A stretch of DNA of 63,731 nucleotides, filler included, from Octopus bimaculoides (taxonomy: Eukaryota): NCBI RefSeq assembly GCF_001194135.2. It is 6 parts of 6 records of this genome, joined end to end, with 100 filler letters (N's around TTAATTAATTAA, not from the genome) between each part and the next. Parts side by side here need not be neighbours in the genome. Positions count along the whole stretch, not along the records: positions 1 to 18,379 come from NC_068983.1; positions 18,480 to 24,584 come from NC_068984.1; positions 24,685 to 42,452 come from NC_068991.1; 3 more parts are not named here. One strand, written 5' to 3'. How positions within the stretch are numbered: position 1 is the stretch's first letter; every line of letters starts with the position of its first letter. Shown here piece by piece: positions 12,950-25,525 of the stretch. The notes under the pieces were generated by a model. It did no database searches. It was given only the letters and a program-made list of their open reading frames with translations, and was not told where the DNA came from. The translations under genes and the position numbers were made by a program.

Positions 12950-14230
12950 TAATCATCATCATCATCATCATTGTTTAACGTAGGAACTTTTGTGGAGTAT
13001 GTCACAAGGCATCAGTAGTCCACGACCAGAGAACTAACGTAACACTTTCCATCCAGATTTTTGTGAACTCTCCGGAGGATTCGTTCAGCAACGCTTTTTC
13101 TGTAGACGCTCTATCTTCATATTTTATTTTTTTCTTTTCAATCCAGTTTGTAAACTTGATACTTAAGAGTACCCAAGACTCCAGCAACATCAGATATAAC
13201 ACTTACTTTCTTTAATGATTTTATTTTAATTTCTCATCTGTAATAGTCATAACTGATGTGCTTAACACCTATTTTCGATACTGCATCAACACCAAGACAA
13301 GCATTATCTATGATTAAATTGCTTTCTTTCCTCTTTATTCCTAAGCGGAGGCGCAATGGCCCAGTGGTTAGGGCCGCGGACAGGTGGTCATAGGATCGCC
13401 GTTTCTATTCCAAGACCGGGCGTTGTGAGTGTTTATTGAGCGAAAACACCTAAAGCTCCACGAGGCTCCGGCAGGGGATGGTGGCGAACCCTGCTGTACT
13501 CTTTCACCACAACTTTCTCTTACTTCCTGTTTCTGTTGTACCTGTAATTCAAAGGGTCAGCCTTGTCACACTGTGTCACGCTGAATCTCCCCGAGAACTA
13601 CGTTAAGAGTACAAGTGTGTGTGGAGTGCTCAACCACTTGCACGTTAATTTCACGGGCAGGCTGTTCCGTTGATCTGATCAACTGGAACCCTCGACGTCG
13701 TAAGCGACGGAGTGCCAACAACAACAACATTCCGAAGCACTTTCTCAGTTTTTTTTGTTCAATTTCACGAATGTACAGGATCATTATATCTCCCAATATC
13801 TTTACCATTTCATTCTCGTTTACTCATTCTGGGGTTTGCCCTTACTGCGTCCTTGCTCTATCCAATCCCTACTTGCGACATATCATCCGATCAATCATTC
13901 TTGCGACATTATCGAGTCTTCTTTTAGATTTCTTTAGGACCAGCTTGTTACACTCATTTACAATATGCTATACGGTCACACAATTATCACGCGCAAACTA
14001 CATTTTTTACTTTCAGCCATACTATGGTTTGTAGAATATATGGAACAATATTGCTACGGGTGTAACTTGTCTTGAATGGTTGCTCTTTGGCAGAACATAC
14101 AATTGCTTTCCGTCTATGGCTTCAAGACACGCTTCCTTTGCCAGAGTCACTTTTCGTCATTGTGTTCCTACTCCATTCTATCGCAGACTACTTGTACATC
14201 TTTAATCTATTCCATTCACCACTTTCTTAG
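12950..14230 (-). mobile_element. Decayed R4/Dong-type (REL endonuclease) LINE 3' part, interrupted by a SINE
   Basis: Minus-strand translation gives SKKC...HIVNECNKLVLKKSKRRLDNVAR (CCHC/RHD remnant), ENEMVKILGD, IIDNACLG and KVSVIS...GVLG...KFTNWIEK; the end runs into an (ATG)n tail near 12950. Confidence 0.75.
13345..13728 (+). mobile_element. Full-length tRNA-derived SINE, 'family A', with 8-bp TSD
   Basis: Head GGAGGCGCAATGGCCCAGTGGTTAGG with A/B-box-like motifs; tail GGAACCCTCGACGTCGTAAGCGACGGAGTGCCA(ACA)n; flanks ATTCCTAA (13337-44) and ATTCCGAA (13729-36). Confidence 0.9.
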
Positions 14231-14269
14231 ATGTTAGTGTCTTTGTGTTCCTCAGTCTTCAAGCATGTT

Positions 14270-14880
14270 TCTGTTTGGACTTTCAACCAGAAAGGGCTCT
14301 ATGGAAAACCTTATATACCGCTCTGAACACTTTTCCTCTGAGCATACACAATCATAAAGAGCTGAAAGGCTGATTTCACATCATATGACCGAAACCTGGA
14401 GACACTAAGAATCAACTGAGGGATTTCCCAAGGGGTCAGTGCATCTCGTTTACTATTTGTTTTGGGCATGATTCCTTTAACATAGCTGCTTAAAAAACTA
14501 ACAGCTGGATATGAATTTAAAGGGAAAAAATAGAGATCAACCCTATATTACCTCAAATCGTATGGTAAGGACGAAGCTTAAACAAGTCCTATTGTGAAAC
14601 ACAGTTTATTACTTTAACAAGAAAATCAAATGTAATATGGTTTTTAGAATATATGGAACAATATTTCTGCCAAGATGGAAAGTTAACAGGTTTCAAGGTA
14701 CAGAATTACCATCAGAAGAAATGAAAAGGATTGATGATACTGGGTATCAATACTTGATCATATTAGAAGTGAATCAAGTGAAAGAAGAAATAAAAAAAAG
14801 TTTTATGTAAGAGAATCTCCGAAGACTTAGACAGGTGCCGTAGTGAAAATTGAATAGAAGAAAATATGTTTCAAACAATG
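14270..14880 (+). mobile_element. R4/Dong-type RT core fragment in inverted orientation
   Basis: Degenerate RGIxQG...LLFVLGMIPLT...GYEFKG, LKxYGKDE, DDTGYQYLxILE and KLN motifs. Confidence 0.7.
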
Positions 14881-14881
14881 A

Positions 14882-17195
14882 ATTATTATTATTGAAAATG
14901 TTGCACACTATCCAATATTGTGATGTTGTAGATTGAAGATATTATGTGTACCGGAGATTTGCACTGTCTGTCAAGTCACAAGGACCTCAGACAGACAGTA
15001 ATTTACGCAGATTGCGTGCGATTCTAGGTGAAGCTCATTTTTGCAATACACCAAGATGGTAAGGTATTTCTAAAGTGTCCAGATGTTTCTTCAGGTTGGG
15101 TGATACTAAATCCGATGACAACAGGAACAACTCTTGTGTCCGACTCTTGTAGCTGCTACATCTTGGAGATTTCAATTTTCAGCTCTCCTTATGTATCAAT
15201 CTTTTCTCTTTCTTTCATATGTTGATCTCCTGGAACTGCTACGTTGATTATTAGGCACTCTTGATTGTCCTTTCTAAAAGCAACAATACACAGCCTTTGG
15301 TGCTTTAACACCTTGGCTGCCTGGAAGTCAAAGTTTGCATGTTAAAATCCCAGAGTATTTTGCAATGTTCGTTTTCAATTACTCTCTCTGGCTGGTGTTC
15401 ATGCAATTGTTCAGCTCTCTCGAGGTTTGCTTTACCGCACAACAGCCAGTGGACATATCTGGCCACATTGTCGTGTCTCTTTTTGTATTCACATTGTGCG
15501 AGCTTACAGAACTCACAAACAATATGGCTTATACTTTCTTTTTTCTCAGAGCACATCCTGCACTGTTGCGAGTCAGTGCTTTTATCAATGAGATATTTGG
15601 AGTAGTTTGTTCTGAGAACTTATTCTTGAGCGCTGTACACTAGTGCCTCAGTGGGCCCTTTTCAGTCTCCTTTCTGCAGCCATCGCCAGGTTCTATTCCA
15701 ATCCATCTCATCTTTATTCTTCCAGAAATGACTGTGTATTTTCTTGTCTTGCCAAATTTTCTTCATCGGCTCTCTCTGGTCTTTCTTAAATTGTATGGGA
15801 TCTACGGCTTCGTTCACTTTAAGGTTCACTTCATTTTCACTGCTTCAATCATTTCGTCTTTACTCTCCTTGACATACCAAATACAAAGTCAGGCTATTCT
15901 CCTCTTCCCTTACACAACCTTCACAAGACGTTTTCTCCGGTCTATCTCTAGTAATTCATGCATCTTCCAAAATACTCTTCCTGCCCATATCTCATCAAAG
16001 CAACCGCCCGTGTGTTAATTGCTCTAATCTTATAGCGGCCATTTAGCTTCGATTTGAGCAAAAGCTGAGTTCTTAAATACTCTTACCTGAACATTTCTTC
16101 CATCTTGTGTTCATTCATCTTATCACTTTCAATGATACCCAGGTACTTATATCCTTTCTCTCCGACTTCCTCTATAGTTTCTCCACTCTCTAGTTAGATC
16201 CCTTGGTTTTTTATTGATTTTTACCCCTTTTGAGAATCATCACACCATATTTCTCGATCCCAAATTCCATGCCAATATCTTTTCTAATCATCTGCACAGT
16301 TGCCATCAAACTCTCAATACCTTTCTCATACTTAGCGAATAGCTTTAGGTCATCCATAAACCAGAAGTTGTTTACTTTCATCCTGCCTAGCATGTACCCC
16401 ACACGCATCGTAAAACGGTCGTTAGTGGCAGTATGCAGGCAACAAATAGGAGAGGCAACAAACTGTCATCTTGAAAGATTCCCCTTTTGATATTTACCTT
16501 ACCCAGCTTATCTCCCCATGCTATGAGTTCAGTCGCCACGTTGTCATTGGGTTTTATATTAACTTCAGGATATTGTGGGAGACCTTAAGCAGTTTAAAGC
16601 ATTCAATAATCCGCGTGTGTGGGACCATGTCATGTGCTTTCCTGCAGTCCATCCATGCCATCACCAAATTGTTGTGTCTCTTCTTGCAGTCAGCCAGGAT
16701 AGTCTTATCGATTGGTAATTGATCCTTCGTTTCTCTACTCTTACGTCTACACCCCTTTTTGTTCCACTGGTAGTAGGTTGTTCTCATTTAGGTACTTATA
16801 AATGTCGTTTGATATGATGCCCGTCACCAGTTTCCACATTAGTAGCAAACAAGATATTGGTCGGAAATTTCCAACCGCATTCCCTTTACTTGGGTCCTTT
16901 TGACATAGTACCGTTCTTCCCTTTGACATCCAGGCCGGTACTTGAATGCCACTACTCAGTATTTCGTGCATGTGTCTTGCGATTCTCTTGTGCAGAGCTG
17001 TCAAGTTTTTAAGACAAAAGCCCTGGGCCCCGTCTGGGCCAGGCTCTCTCCAGTTAGGAATTTTCCTGCACTGATCTCTAATTACCTCCTCGGCTATTCT
17101 CAAATTCAAATCTTCCTGCTGATACTCTCCACTCTCTTCTTTGAGTGTCTTTAACCACTCTGCTTCAGTTTTGTGTTGTTTCTCCCGAGACCATA
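14882..17195 (-). mobile_element. 5'-truncated R4/Dong-type LINE (RT, CCHC, REL, 3' UTR, (TAA)n end)
   Basis: PGPDG...GRTVLCQKD...NFRPISCL; KGCRRKSR...D...[13 protein letters not shown]; RGIFQDDSL.PLLFV; FMDDLKLFAK; CSEKKESISHIVC...RHDNVA...ILWDF; ends CAATAATAATAAT. Many frameshifts. Confidence 0.9.
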
Positions 17196-17718
17196 TGTTT
17201 GATCAAGATCTTTTGATTGTCTTAAAAACAATTATTGTATGTAACCAGACAATAGTAACGGCAAGATGAAAATGAGATGCTTAAGTGGTGGAATCCTACA
17301 AAAATAACTGTATCATACTTCAATAATATCCAAATTTAATTGATCGTACGGGAATTACATTGAAGATAACTCAATATTTGGAAGAGACAAATCAACTGAT
17401 CATATCGCTGCAATATGCACATTTTTGTTTTAAAAATATACGTTGTTTCACAAATAGCACCTAAACATTGTCGTTGGTGCATCAAACACACAATACTTGG
17501 TAAATATGAAGAAAATCATAGTTGTTACTCAATGGCTATAACAACGATGCCAACTGAAATCTAGATATAAGGATTGAGAGAAAACAATCAACACAAAGAT
17601 TTCTCTGTGGTATATAAAGCATGAAGGTGCAATTTCAAACTGCTCACGATTTAAAAAAATTAAACTATGTCCAGATTTGTAACATGGTTCAATTGAAAAG
17701 AAATCACACCGATTATAC

Positions 17719-17777
<59 letters not shown>

Positions 17778-18379
17778 NNNNNNNNNNNNNNNNNNNNNNN
17801 NNNNNNNNNNNNNNNNNNNNNNNNNNNNNNNNNNNNNNNNNNNNNNNNNNNNNNNNNNNNNNNNNNNNNNNNNNNNNNNNNNNNNNNNNNNNNNNNNNNN
17901 NNNNNNNNNNNNNNNNNNNNNNNNNNNNNNNNNNNNNNNNNNNNNNNNNNNNNNNNNNNNNNNNNNNNNNNNNNNNNNNNNNNNNNNNNNNNNNNNNNNN
18001 NNNNNNNNNNNNNNNNNNNNNNNNNNNNNNNNNNNNNNNNNNNNCACACACACACACACACATATATATACATATATATAAAAACAATAAACGGAGCAAA
18101 ACGCATATAAATAAAAGTTTCTTTAATTCCTACATATGTTTCAAAATATATGTGCACGCTACTCCAAAGAAGTAAGAGCTGCTGGAATTCCACATATATT
18201 CATCGTCAGGGAACCAACATATAGAAGCAAGACAAATGCGAAATATTCAGGAACTTTTATTTATATGCCTTTTGCTCTATTTATTGTTATTATTCATATC
18301 TATCCAAATACATCACTTTAACTTGGTAACTCTACCTATAAAACGGGTGTGATATCCTGTTTTTTTGTGTGATTTTTGC

Positions 18380-18479
18380 NNNNNNNNNNNNNNNNNNNNN
18401 NNNNNNNNNNNNNNNNNNNNNNNTTAATTAATTAANNNNNNNNNNNNNNNNNNNNNNNNNNNNNNNNNNNNNNNNNNNN
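18380..18479. other. Artificial 100-bp scaffold linker (44 N + TTAATTAATTAA + 44 N); the same 12-mer sits at 24629, 42497, 54146 and 61472
   Basis: Identical six-frame-stop 12-mer centred in N runs at five places. Confidence 0.95.
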
Positions 18480-18747
18480 AATCTCTAATGTGATTTAAAT
18501 TTGTGGAAGCTGGCTACAGACTAAAACGAAAGAAGATATTGTGACAGCGTATAAAATAACCTTAAAAGAACAAAACATAAATAAAAGACTTGTGTAAATA
18601 AGCCAAAAAAAGTACATTTCTATTTTTAAAAGAAATCATAAAGTTATTTATCCATTCAAAATAGAAATTGTTTTTAATTTCTGTTTACATTAGTGAGACA
18701 TTCCCGACAGGAAACGATCGAAATTGCAAAATGCTAATGCATGAAAC

Positions 18748-18811
<64 letters not shown>

Positions 18812-18889
18812 GTATATATATTCACACACACACACTCATGTGTATATATAGGTTCAATAACGAATCTATAATGACTACTGAACACAGCT

Positions 18890-19250
18890 GGAAGCCTAAT
18901 TTACTTTAATAATGCAATTGCCTAGGGTTCAAAATCCCACAGCTCTTCAATGCCCTGCTACAAAAATTTAAAAATCTGCATAAAATGGAAGTAGATGTCT
19001 TCAAAAAGGAACTTGATATTCTCCTCCCCACAATATCGGTGGAACCAACAACCCGATACGAGGTGCATATGAGGGCAGCGGAAACAAACTCCCTCATATA
19101 ACAAATGGGCCAACAGCTGGGACAAAATCACATACAGGAGAGGTGATGCGAAACACTCGAGATTGAGGAAATCAGAAAGAATACGGCGGTGCTCCAGCAT
19201 GACCGCTGCCACATGACTGAAAAGAGTTAAAAAGAGTAAAAGAGTAATAA
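18890..19250 (+). mobile_element. 3' end of a CR1-group LINE with tail
   Basis: Encodes LGFKIPQLFNALLQKFKNLHKMEVDVFKKELDILLPTISVEPTTRYEVHMRAAETNSLI*, followed by the GGCGGTGCTCCAGCAT...AAAAGAGT tail. Clade assignment is from recalled C-terminal motifs. Confidence 0.75.
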
Positions 19251-19261
19251 AGGAAAAATAC

Positions 19262-19559
19262 GCAGTGACCCAAAGCGACTCGAAACATACACTCAGTTTA
19301 CGGGAAAGAATGCTTGAATGAAAGAACTTACAGAAGATGATTTGCAAAATTCAGAAGTGGAGATTTCAGCCTTGAAGATGAAGATCGAACAGGACGTCCA
19401 GTTGAGTTTGATGATAAGCTCCTTAAGGCATTACTTGAAGAAAATCCTGCATTATTAGTTGAAGAATTGGCAATAAAGCTTAGTTCAAACCATACAATTG
19501 TTCATCGTCATCTTCAATAACTTGGAAAGGTTCCTAAACTTGGAAGATAGGTGCCTCAT
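19262..19559 (+). mobile_element. Mariner transposase fragment (HTH region), cut by a gap
   Basis: ATRNIHSVYGKECL...FAKFRSGDFSLEDEDRTGRP...LGKVPKLGR*VPH (WVPHEL motif remnant). Confidence 0.85.
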
Positions 19560-21306
19560 NNNNNNNNNNNNNNNNNNNNNNNNNNNNNNNNNNNNNNNNN
19601 NNNNNNNNNNNNNNNNNNNNNNNNNNNNNNNNNNNNNNNNNNNNNNNNNNNNNNNNNNNNNNNNNNNNNNNNNNNNNNNNNNNNNNNNNNNNNNNNNNNN
19701 NNNNNNNNNNNNNNNNNNNNNNNNNNNNNNNNNNNNNNNNNNNNNNNNNNNNNNNNNNNNNNNNNNNNNNNNNNNNNNNNNNNNNNNNNNNNNNNNNNNN
19801 NNNNNNNNNNNNNNNNNNNNNNNNNNNNNNNNNNNNNNNNNNNNNNNNNNNNNNNNNNNNNNNNNNNNNNNNNNNNNNNNNNNNNNNNNNNNNNNNNNNN
19901 NNNNNNNNNNNNNNNNNNNNNNNNNNNNNNNNNNNNNNNNNNNNNNNNNNNNNNNNNNNNNNNNNNNNNNNNNNNNNNNNNNNNNNNNNNNNNNNNNNNN
20001 NNNNNNNNNNNNNNNNNNNNNNNNNNNNNNNNNNNNNNNNNNNNNNNNNNNNNNNNNNNNNNNNNNNNNNNNNNNNNNNNNNNNNNNNNNNNNNNNNNNN
20101 NNNNNNNNNNNNNNNNNNNNNNNNNNNNNNNNNNNNNNNNNNNNNNNNNNNNNNNNNNNNNNNNNNNNNNNNNNNNNNNNNNNNNNNNNNNNNNNNNNNN
20201 NNNNNNNNNNNNNNNNNNNNNNNNNNNNNNNNNNNNNNNNNNNNNNNNNNNNNNNNNNNNNNNNNNNNNNNNNNNNNNNNNNNNNNNNNNNNNNNNNNNN
20301 NNNNNNNNNNNNNNNNNNNNNNNNNNNNNNNNNNNNNNNNNNNNNNNNNNNNNNNNNNNNNNNNNNNNNNNNNNNNNNNNNNNNNNNNNNNNNNNNNNNN
20401 NNNNNNNNNNNNNNNNNNTGTGTGTGTGTGTGTGTGTATGTACAATCAAGCACTAAGATTTTAAATAGGATGCTACTACTTTTAATATCATCTGTGGATA
20501 AATTTTAAAATTGATGATATCACCAGCAGTGACATAGGTGCATCCCAGGCACAATAGCATTATATAGGTATGAATAATAAATTTGCACGAAGCGTAATGA
20601 TGCTTCAAACCTAAACACCTAAAGTCTTAAATTAATCCACCGTACAGCATCAAGATAAAACAGGAAAACGAAAAGAATTAATACATTTTAACAGCACAAA
20701 ATAAAATATTATGCAGTTTAGGACATCCACATATCCGGGTTTCGGCTTTTACATATTTAATCCTAGTGTGAACCACCTAGTAAGAATTCCTGACCTTCAC
20801 GTTAAACTCTGACAGTGCTACTGGTTTGGCTTTGCTTATAATTTTTATGCACCATGTGCTCTGTTTTTGGCATAATATTTTATACTATGGTGTTAAATGC
20901 ATTCATTCTTTCCGTTTTCCTTGCATACTGTTTTACTTGGTGCTATATGGTTGATTAATTTATGACTTTAGCTCTTATTTCTAGCAGGTTTATGCTTTTT
21001 AAGCATCATTACGCTTCGTGCAAATTTATATATATGCATATACGCAGACATGCCGGAAGTAAATAGACACCTTTAATTTTCAAAATCTTTTATTTAATAT
21101 GCAAAGTGAACAATTGAAATGTAATCGATAGGTAGGACTATATACTTTAGTATTTAGTTGACTTCCCTTTGCAGTTTTTAATTCAGAAACTCTTTTTGGC
21201 ATTGGACCGATGAACTTTGTGTTAACAATTCTACCAGCTCACCGCCTTATATATATATATAATACAGGCAATCCTTTTAATTTTGGTACAATCCTTTTAA
21301 TTTCAG

Positions 21307-21480
21307 AGTCAGTAGGTGTCGATTGCATAGTCCCTAGTATTCAAGACGCTTTTTATCGACTTCGAAAGGATGAAAAACAAATTTGACCTCGGTGGAATTT
21401 GAACTCAGTATGTAAAGACCTGGAAGGAATATCGCTAAGCTTTATTTTCCGGTGAGTTAATGATTCTGTCTGCCCACTAC
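21307..21480 (-). mobile_element. Diverged SINE, 'family C'
   Basis: Aligns to the 23078-23310 unit (GACCTCGGTGGAATTTGAACTCAG...CGCTAAGC). Confidence 0.75.
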
Positions 21481-22662
21481 TTTTTTATATGTACATAGAT
21501 ATTAAATATACAATTAATATACCATGTTTCCAGATTCTCATGTCAAACTATAAAACTTAATTGACTACGTTCTATAAGGAAATGTATATTCGAGGAGGGT
21601 GAAGGATAAATTTGTCTGAAAGGAGGAAAATAAAATGAAAATACATGCATACATATGGAAAGTCATAAACAACCTCACTGCCATACCTTCCGGAATTTAA
21701 TTAAGAACATGATGCTGTTGCCTATGATACGATAAAGTATCACAGGTGCATATTTCTAGGAAAATTTATATTCTGTTTATATTGCAGTGAACCGATTGTG
21801 CTTTTTATTATGTAAGTCTAAAGGTTTTAAGATTGCTTCACAGGATGACAGAAATATCAACCTGAAATATACTTTCTTTGTGGGCGACCTAGAAATAATA
21901 TATATAGCTATGTATGATATGACGAGTCTTGACCTGCTTACGGTAATTTCAAAGGATATATCAATGTATTTTGGCCGTAATAGATATTTATTCTTTCTAA
22001 AACAACAGAGCTACGAGCTAATCCACAAATTTTTTTTTCAATATCCGGCAATATGTCTCTGGTAATCAACGATGCAAACCATAAATACAAAGAAAGGGAT
22101 GAAAATATATAGAATGATGACTATGATAAGGAATGCGTAACCAGAGACAAATGAATCCGAATGCGTCATATATGGTCCTTAGAGGTATTTGCATACAAGG
22201 AATCAATGGCAACAACGTGCCGCCATAACAGTATACATGCGTACATTTGCGCGATTCAGTTGGGCTCTAGATGATAATTCGTTCATTGAAGTTAAATCCC
22301 TGAAAGACTACCCCCAGACGAAGACAAAAGACGAACAACAAGCAAGTGTATTAGTTTAACGCTGGGGAAAAAGGGAAAAGTCTTTTTCGTTTCGATCCTA
22401 CTTTCTTCAGCAAAAAGGAATAAGAGGAAATATATATAGAGATAATGAAAAATCCCAGAATGACCACCCCCAGAAATTCCTGCAAGGAGTCTAACAAACG
22501 AGAATATTAGCTTTTTACCATTATATATTATCGTCTTTATTAAGGGAATAAAATACTGGATAACAAATTCCTGCCTAATACCGAAAATAATGGATAGATG
22601 AAATGATCTTTATCCTGAAGTCTGATCTAGAGTTAAACAATAGCTACATCAACAATAACAAC

Positions 22663-23310
22663 TCGACCTCGGTGGAATTTGAACTCAAAACGTAAAAACA
22701 GACGAAATACCACTAAGCATTTCGCCCGGCGTGCTAACGTTTCTTATTTCGTTATTGCCCACAAGGGGCTAAACATAAAGGGGACAAACAAGGACAGACA
22801 AGGGGCTTAAGTCGACATCGGCGGAATTTTAACTCAGATAGTAACGGCAGACGAAATATCGCTAAGCATTTCGCCCTATGTGCTAGCGTTTCTTATTTCT
22901 TTACTGCCCACAAGGGGCTAAACATAGAGGGGACAAACAAGGAGAGACAAACGGATTAAGTCGATTATATCGACTCCAGTGCGTAACTGGTACTTATTTA
23001 ATCGACCCCGAAAGGCTGAAAAGCAAAGTCGACCTCGGCGGAATTTGAACTCAGACCGTAGCGGCAGAAGAAATACCTATTTCTTTATTGCCCACAAGGA
23101 GCTAAACACAGAGGGGACAAACAAGGACAGACAAAGGGATTAAGTCGATTACATCGACCCCAGTGCGTAACTTGTACTTAATTTATCGACCCCGAAAGGA
23201 TGAAAGGCAAAGTCGACCTCGGCGGAATTTGAACTCAGAACGTAGCGGCAGACGAAATACCGCTAAGCATTTCGCCCGGCGTGCTAACGATTCTGCCAGC
23301 TCGCCGCCTT
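22663..23310 (-). mobile_element. Tandem array of four family C SINE units (one full, three head-truncated)
   Basis: The blocks TATTTC..TTGCCCACAAGGGGCTAAAC and GTCGACCTCGGCGGAATTTGAACTCAG recur; unit starts near 22663, 22745, 22893 and 23078. Confidence 0.9.
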
Positions 23311-23756
23311 AAGAAGTCATTATATTAATATATTTGTGGGACAGTTATGTTTGTTGGGTATGTGTAAAAATACGTCAGCTTTATTGGCGCTATTTGATAT
23401 TTTGTATTAAGATGACGTGAGTGGAGAAATCGATATATGAATTTTGTTAACAAAGTTAATTGCATAAAACAAGGTCAACTACGTGTATGAAAATTCGATG
23501 TAGAAGGATATCTCCGTGGATAACGAACGTCGTGGTAACATGAATGACCAACTAGAATAAAAAATATTTGGAGTATTGAGTGAACAACTTCTGATTAAAA
23601 AGAAATATTGAAAGTACAACACCATAATTATTTAGTTTCGGTGTGGCTGCGGCACAGGCAATTTCGAATTGTCTCAAATATAGATGTTAGAGCTGTTATA
23701 AAAAGAATATGGAAACTTACCAAGTCTTGAGATATCTTGTGGCTAAAGTTATAATT

Positions 23757-24430
23757 TGCGAGGAGTGTTCATTAAAGATTTCCTCTGATCCACTTCCGAA
23801 GGACTGGGATAAACGAAACTTGGCATGGTTATTAGCCCTACTCTGTATAGCCACCGCCAATAGTGATACACTTCTCCCACCGTTTTGTGTTACTGTGAAG
23901 ACCTCGTCTATAGAAGCCGGTAGGGTGGGTTTGAAGCCAAGACTTAACCTCGGAAATAAGTTCATCGTCATCTGAATAATACTTTCCCTTCAAAAAAGGG
24001 TTTCATGGTTGGAAAGAGGTGGAAGTCAGATGGTGCGGAGTCGGAAGAGTAAAAAGGATGAGGAAGGATTTCATAGCCGCAGGAGTGTGCTTTCATTTGG
24101 GCAACATTCGCATTGTGAGCTGGGGCGTAGTCTTGGAGGAAGCGGATTCCTTTGGTCATCATGCCACGTCTCTTTGCTTTGATGGCATCCCGCAATTTCT
24201 GCAGCAGAAAAGCATAATATGCCCCTTTGATTGTGGCGCCCATTTGCCAGAAAATCCATCATCACTACTCTGCGCTAGTTCTAAAAGGCTGTGAGCATCG
24301 CCATGTCTGCTGAGGGTTGGACACGAGCCATCTTTGGAGGTGGTGAGTTATCATGCTATCATTACTTCGACTGGATTTTAGTCTCAGGATCATAGTGATG
24401 GACCTCTGTTTTATGCCCTGGTGATGTCCT
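23757..24430 (-). mobile_element. Mariner (D,D34D-type) transposase 3' half with right TIR
   Basis: VHHYDPETKIQSK, QDYAPAH, HPFYSSDSAPSDFHLF; TIR-like CGAGGAGTGTTCATTAAAG at ~23758. Confidence 0.9.
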
Positions 24431-24499
24431 GTATACAATGTGTATTTTTCATTTTATTTATTTGTAATCGAACGCCAGGTAACCTTGACTACAGTACGT

Positions 24500-24584
<85 letters not shown>

Positions 24585-24922
24585 NNNNNNNNNNNNNNNN
24601 NNNNNNNNNNNNNNNNNNNNNNNNNNNNTTAATTAATTAANNNNNNNNNNNNNNNNNNNNNNNNNNNNNNNNNNNNNNNNNNNNGGGGATTGTAGTGTGG
24701 GTGAGTATGTGTGCGTGTATGTGTTGCTTGAATATGTGTGCATGTATGTACCGGTATATATGTGTAAGATTGTAAATATAGTTCATATGGGTATCTGTCT
24801 CTGTATGCATACATACATACATACATACACACACAAATATGTGTGTGTATGTGTGTATATATGTATATACATATATACACTTACACACACACTTGCACAC
24901 ACACATATATATGTATACATAC

Positions 24923-24961
<39 letters not shown>

Positions 24962-24962
24962 G

Positions 24963-25344
24963 TGGCACTCTGTCGGTTGTGACAATGAGGGTTCCAGTTG
25001 ATCCGATCAATGGAACAGTCTGCTCGTGAAATTAACGTGCAAGTGGCTGAGCACTCCACAGACACGTGTACCCTTAACGTAGTTCTCGGGGAGATTCGGC
25101 GTGACACAGAGGGTGACAAGGCTGGCCATTTGAAATACAGGTACAACAGAAACAGGAAGAAAGAGTGAGAGAAAGTTGTGGTGAAAGAGTACAGCAGGGT
25201 TCGCCACCACCCCCTGCCATAGCCTCGTGGAGCTTTAGGTGTTTTCGCTCAATAAACATTCACAACGACCGGTTTTGGGAATCGAAACCGCGATCCTACG
25301 ATCACGAGTCCGCTGCCCTAACCACTGAGCCATTGCGCCTCCGC
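24963..25344 (-). mobile_element. Full-length family A SINE
   Basis: Reverse complement aligns with 13345-13728. Confidence 0.9.
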
Positions 25345-25525
25345 TATGTATACATATGTATGCATGCATATCCGTATATGTGTGTACGTATGTATGTTAT
25401 CTTTCTGATTTGATTTTCTTTACGTGTATTGTATGTATACATTTGATATACATACATGAAGAATGATGTACGTTATTTATATTATTTACATTTGACGAAT
25501 ATTTGTCCTCATCTTGTTTGTTGTT

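Noticed and set aside
13345-13425. Genuine tRNA genes (also at 45764, 47982, 46330)
   Set aside because: The tRNA-like heads lack a proper acceptor stem and run directly into SINE bodies and tails.
22663-23310. CRISPR-like array
   Set aside because: The units are overlapping pieces of a tRNA-derived SINE found elsewhere in the window; there are no unique spacers or cas genes, and the context is eukaryotic.
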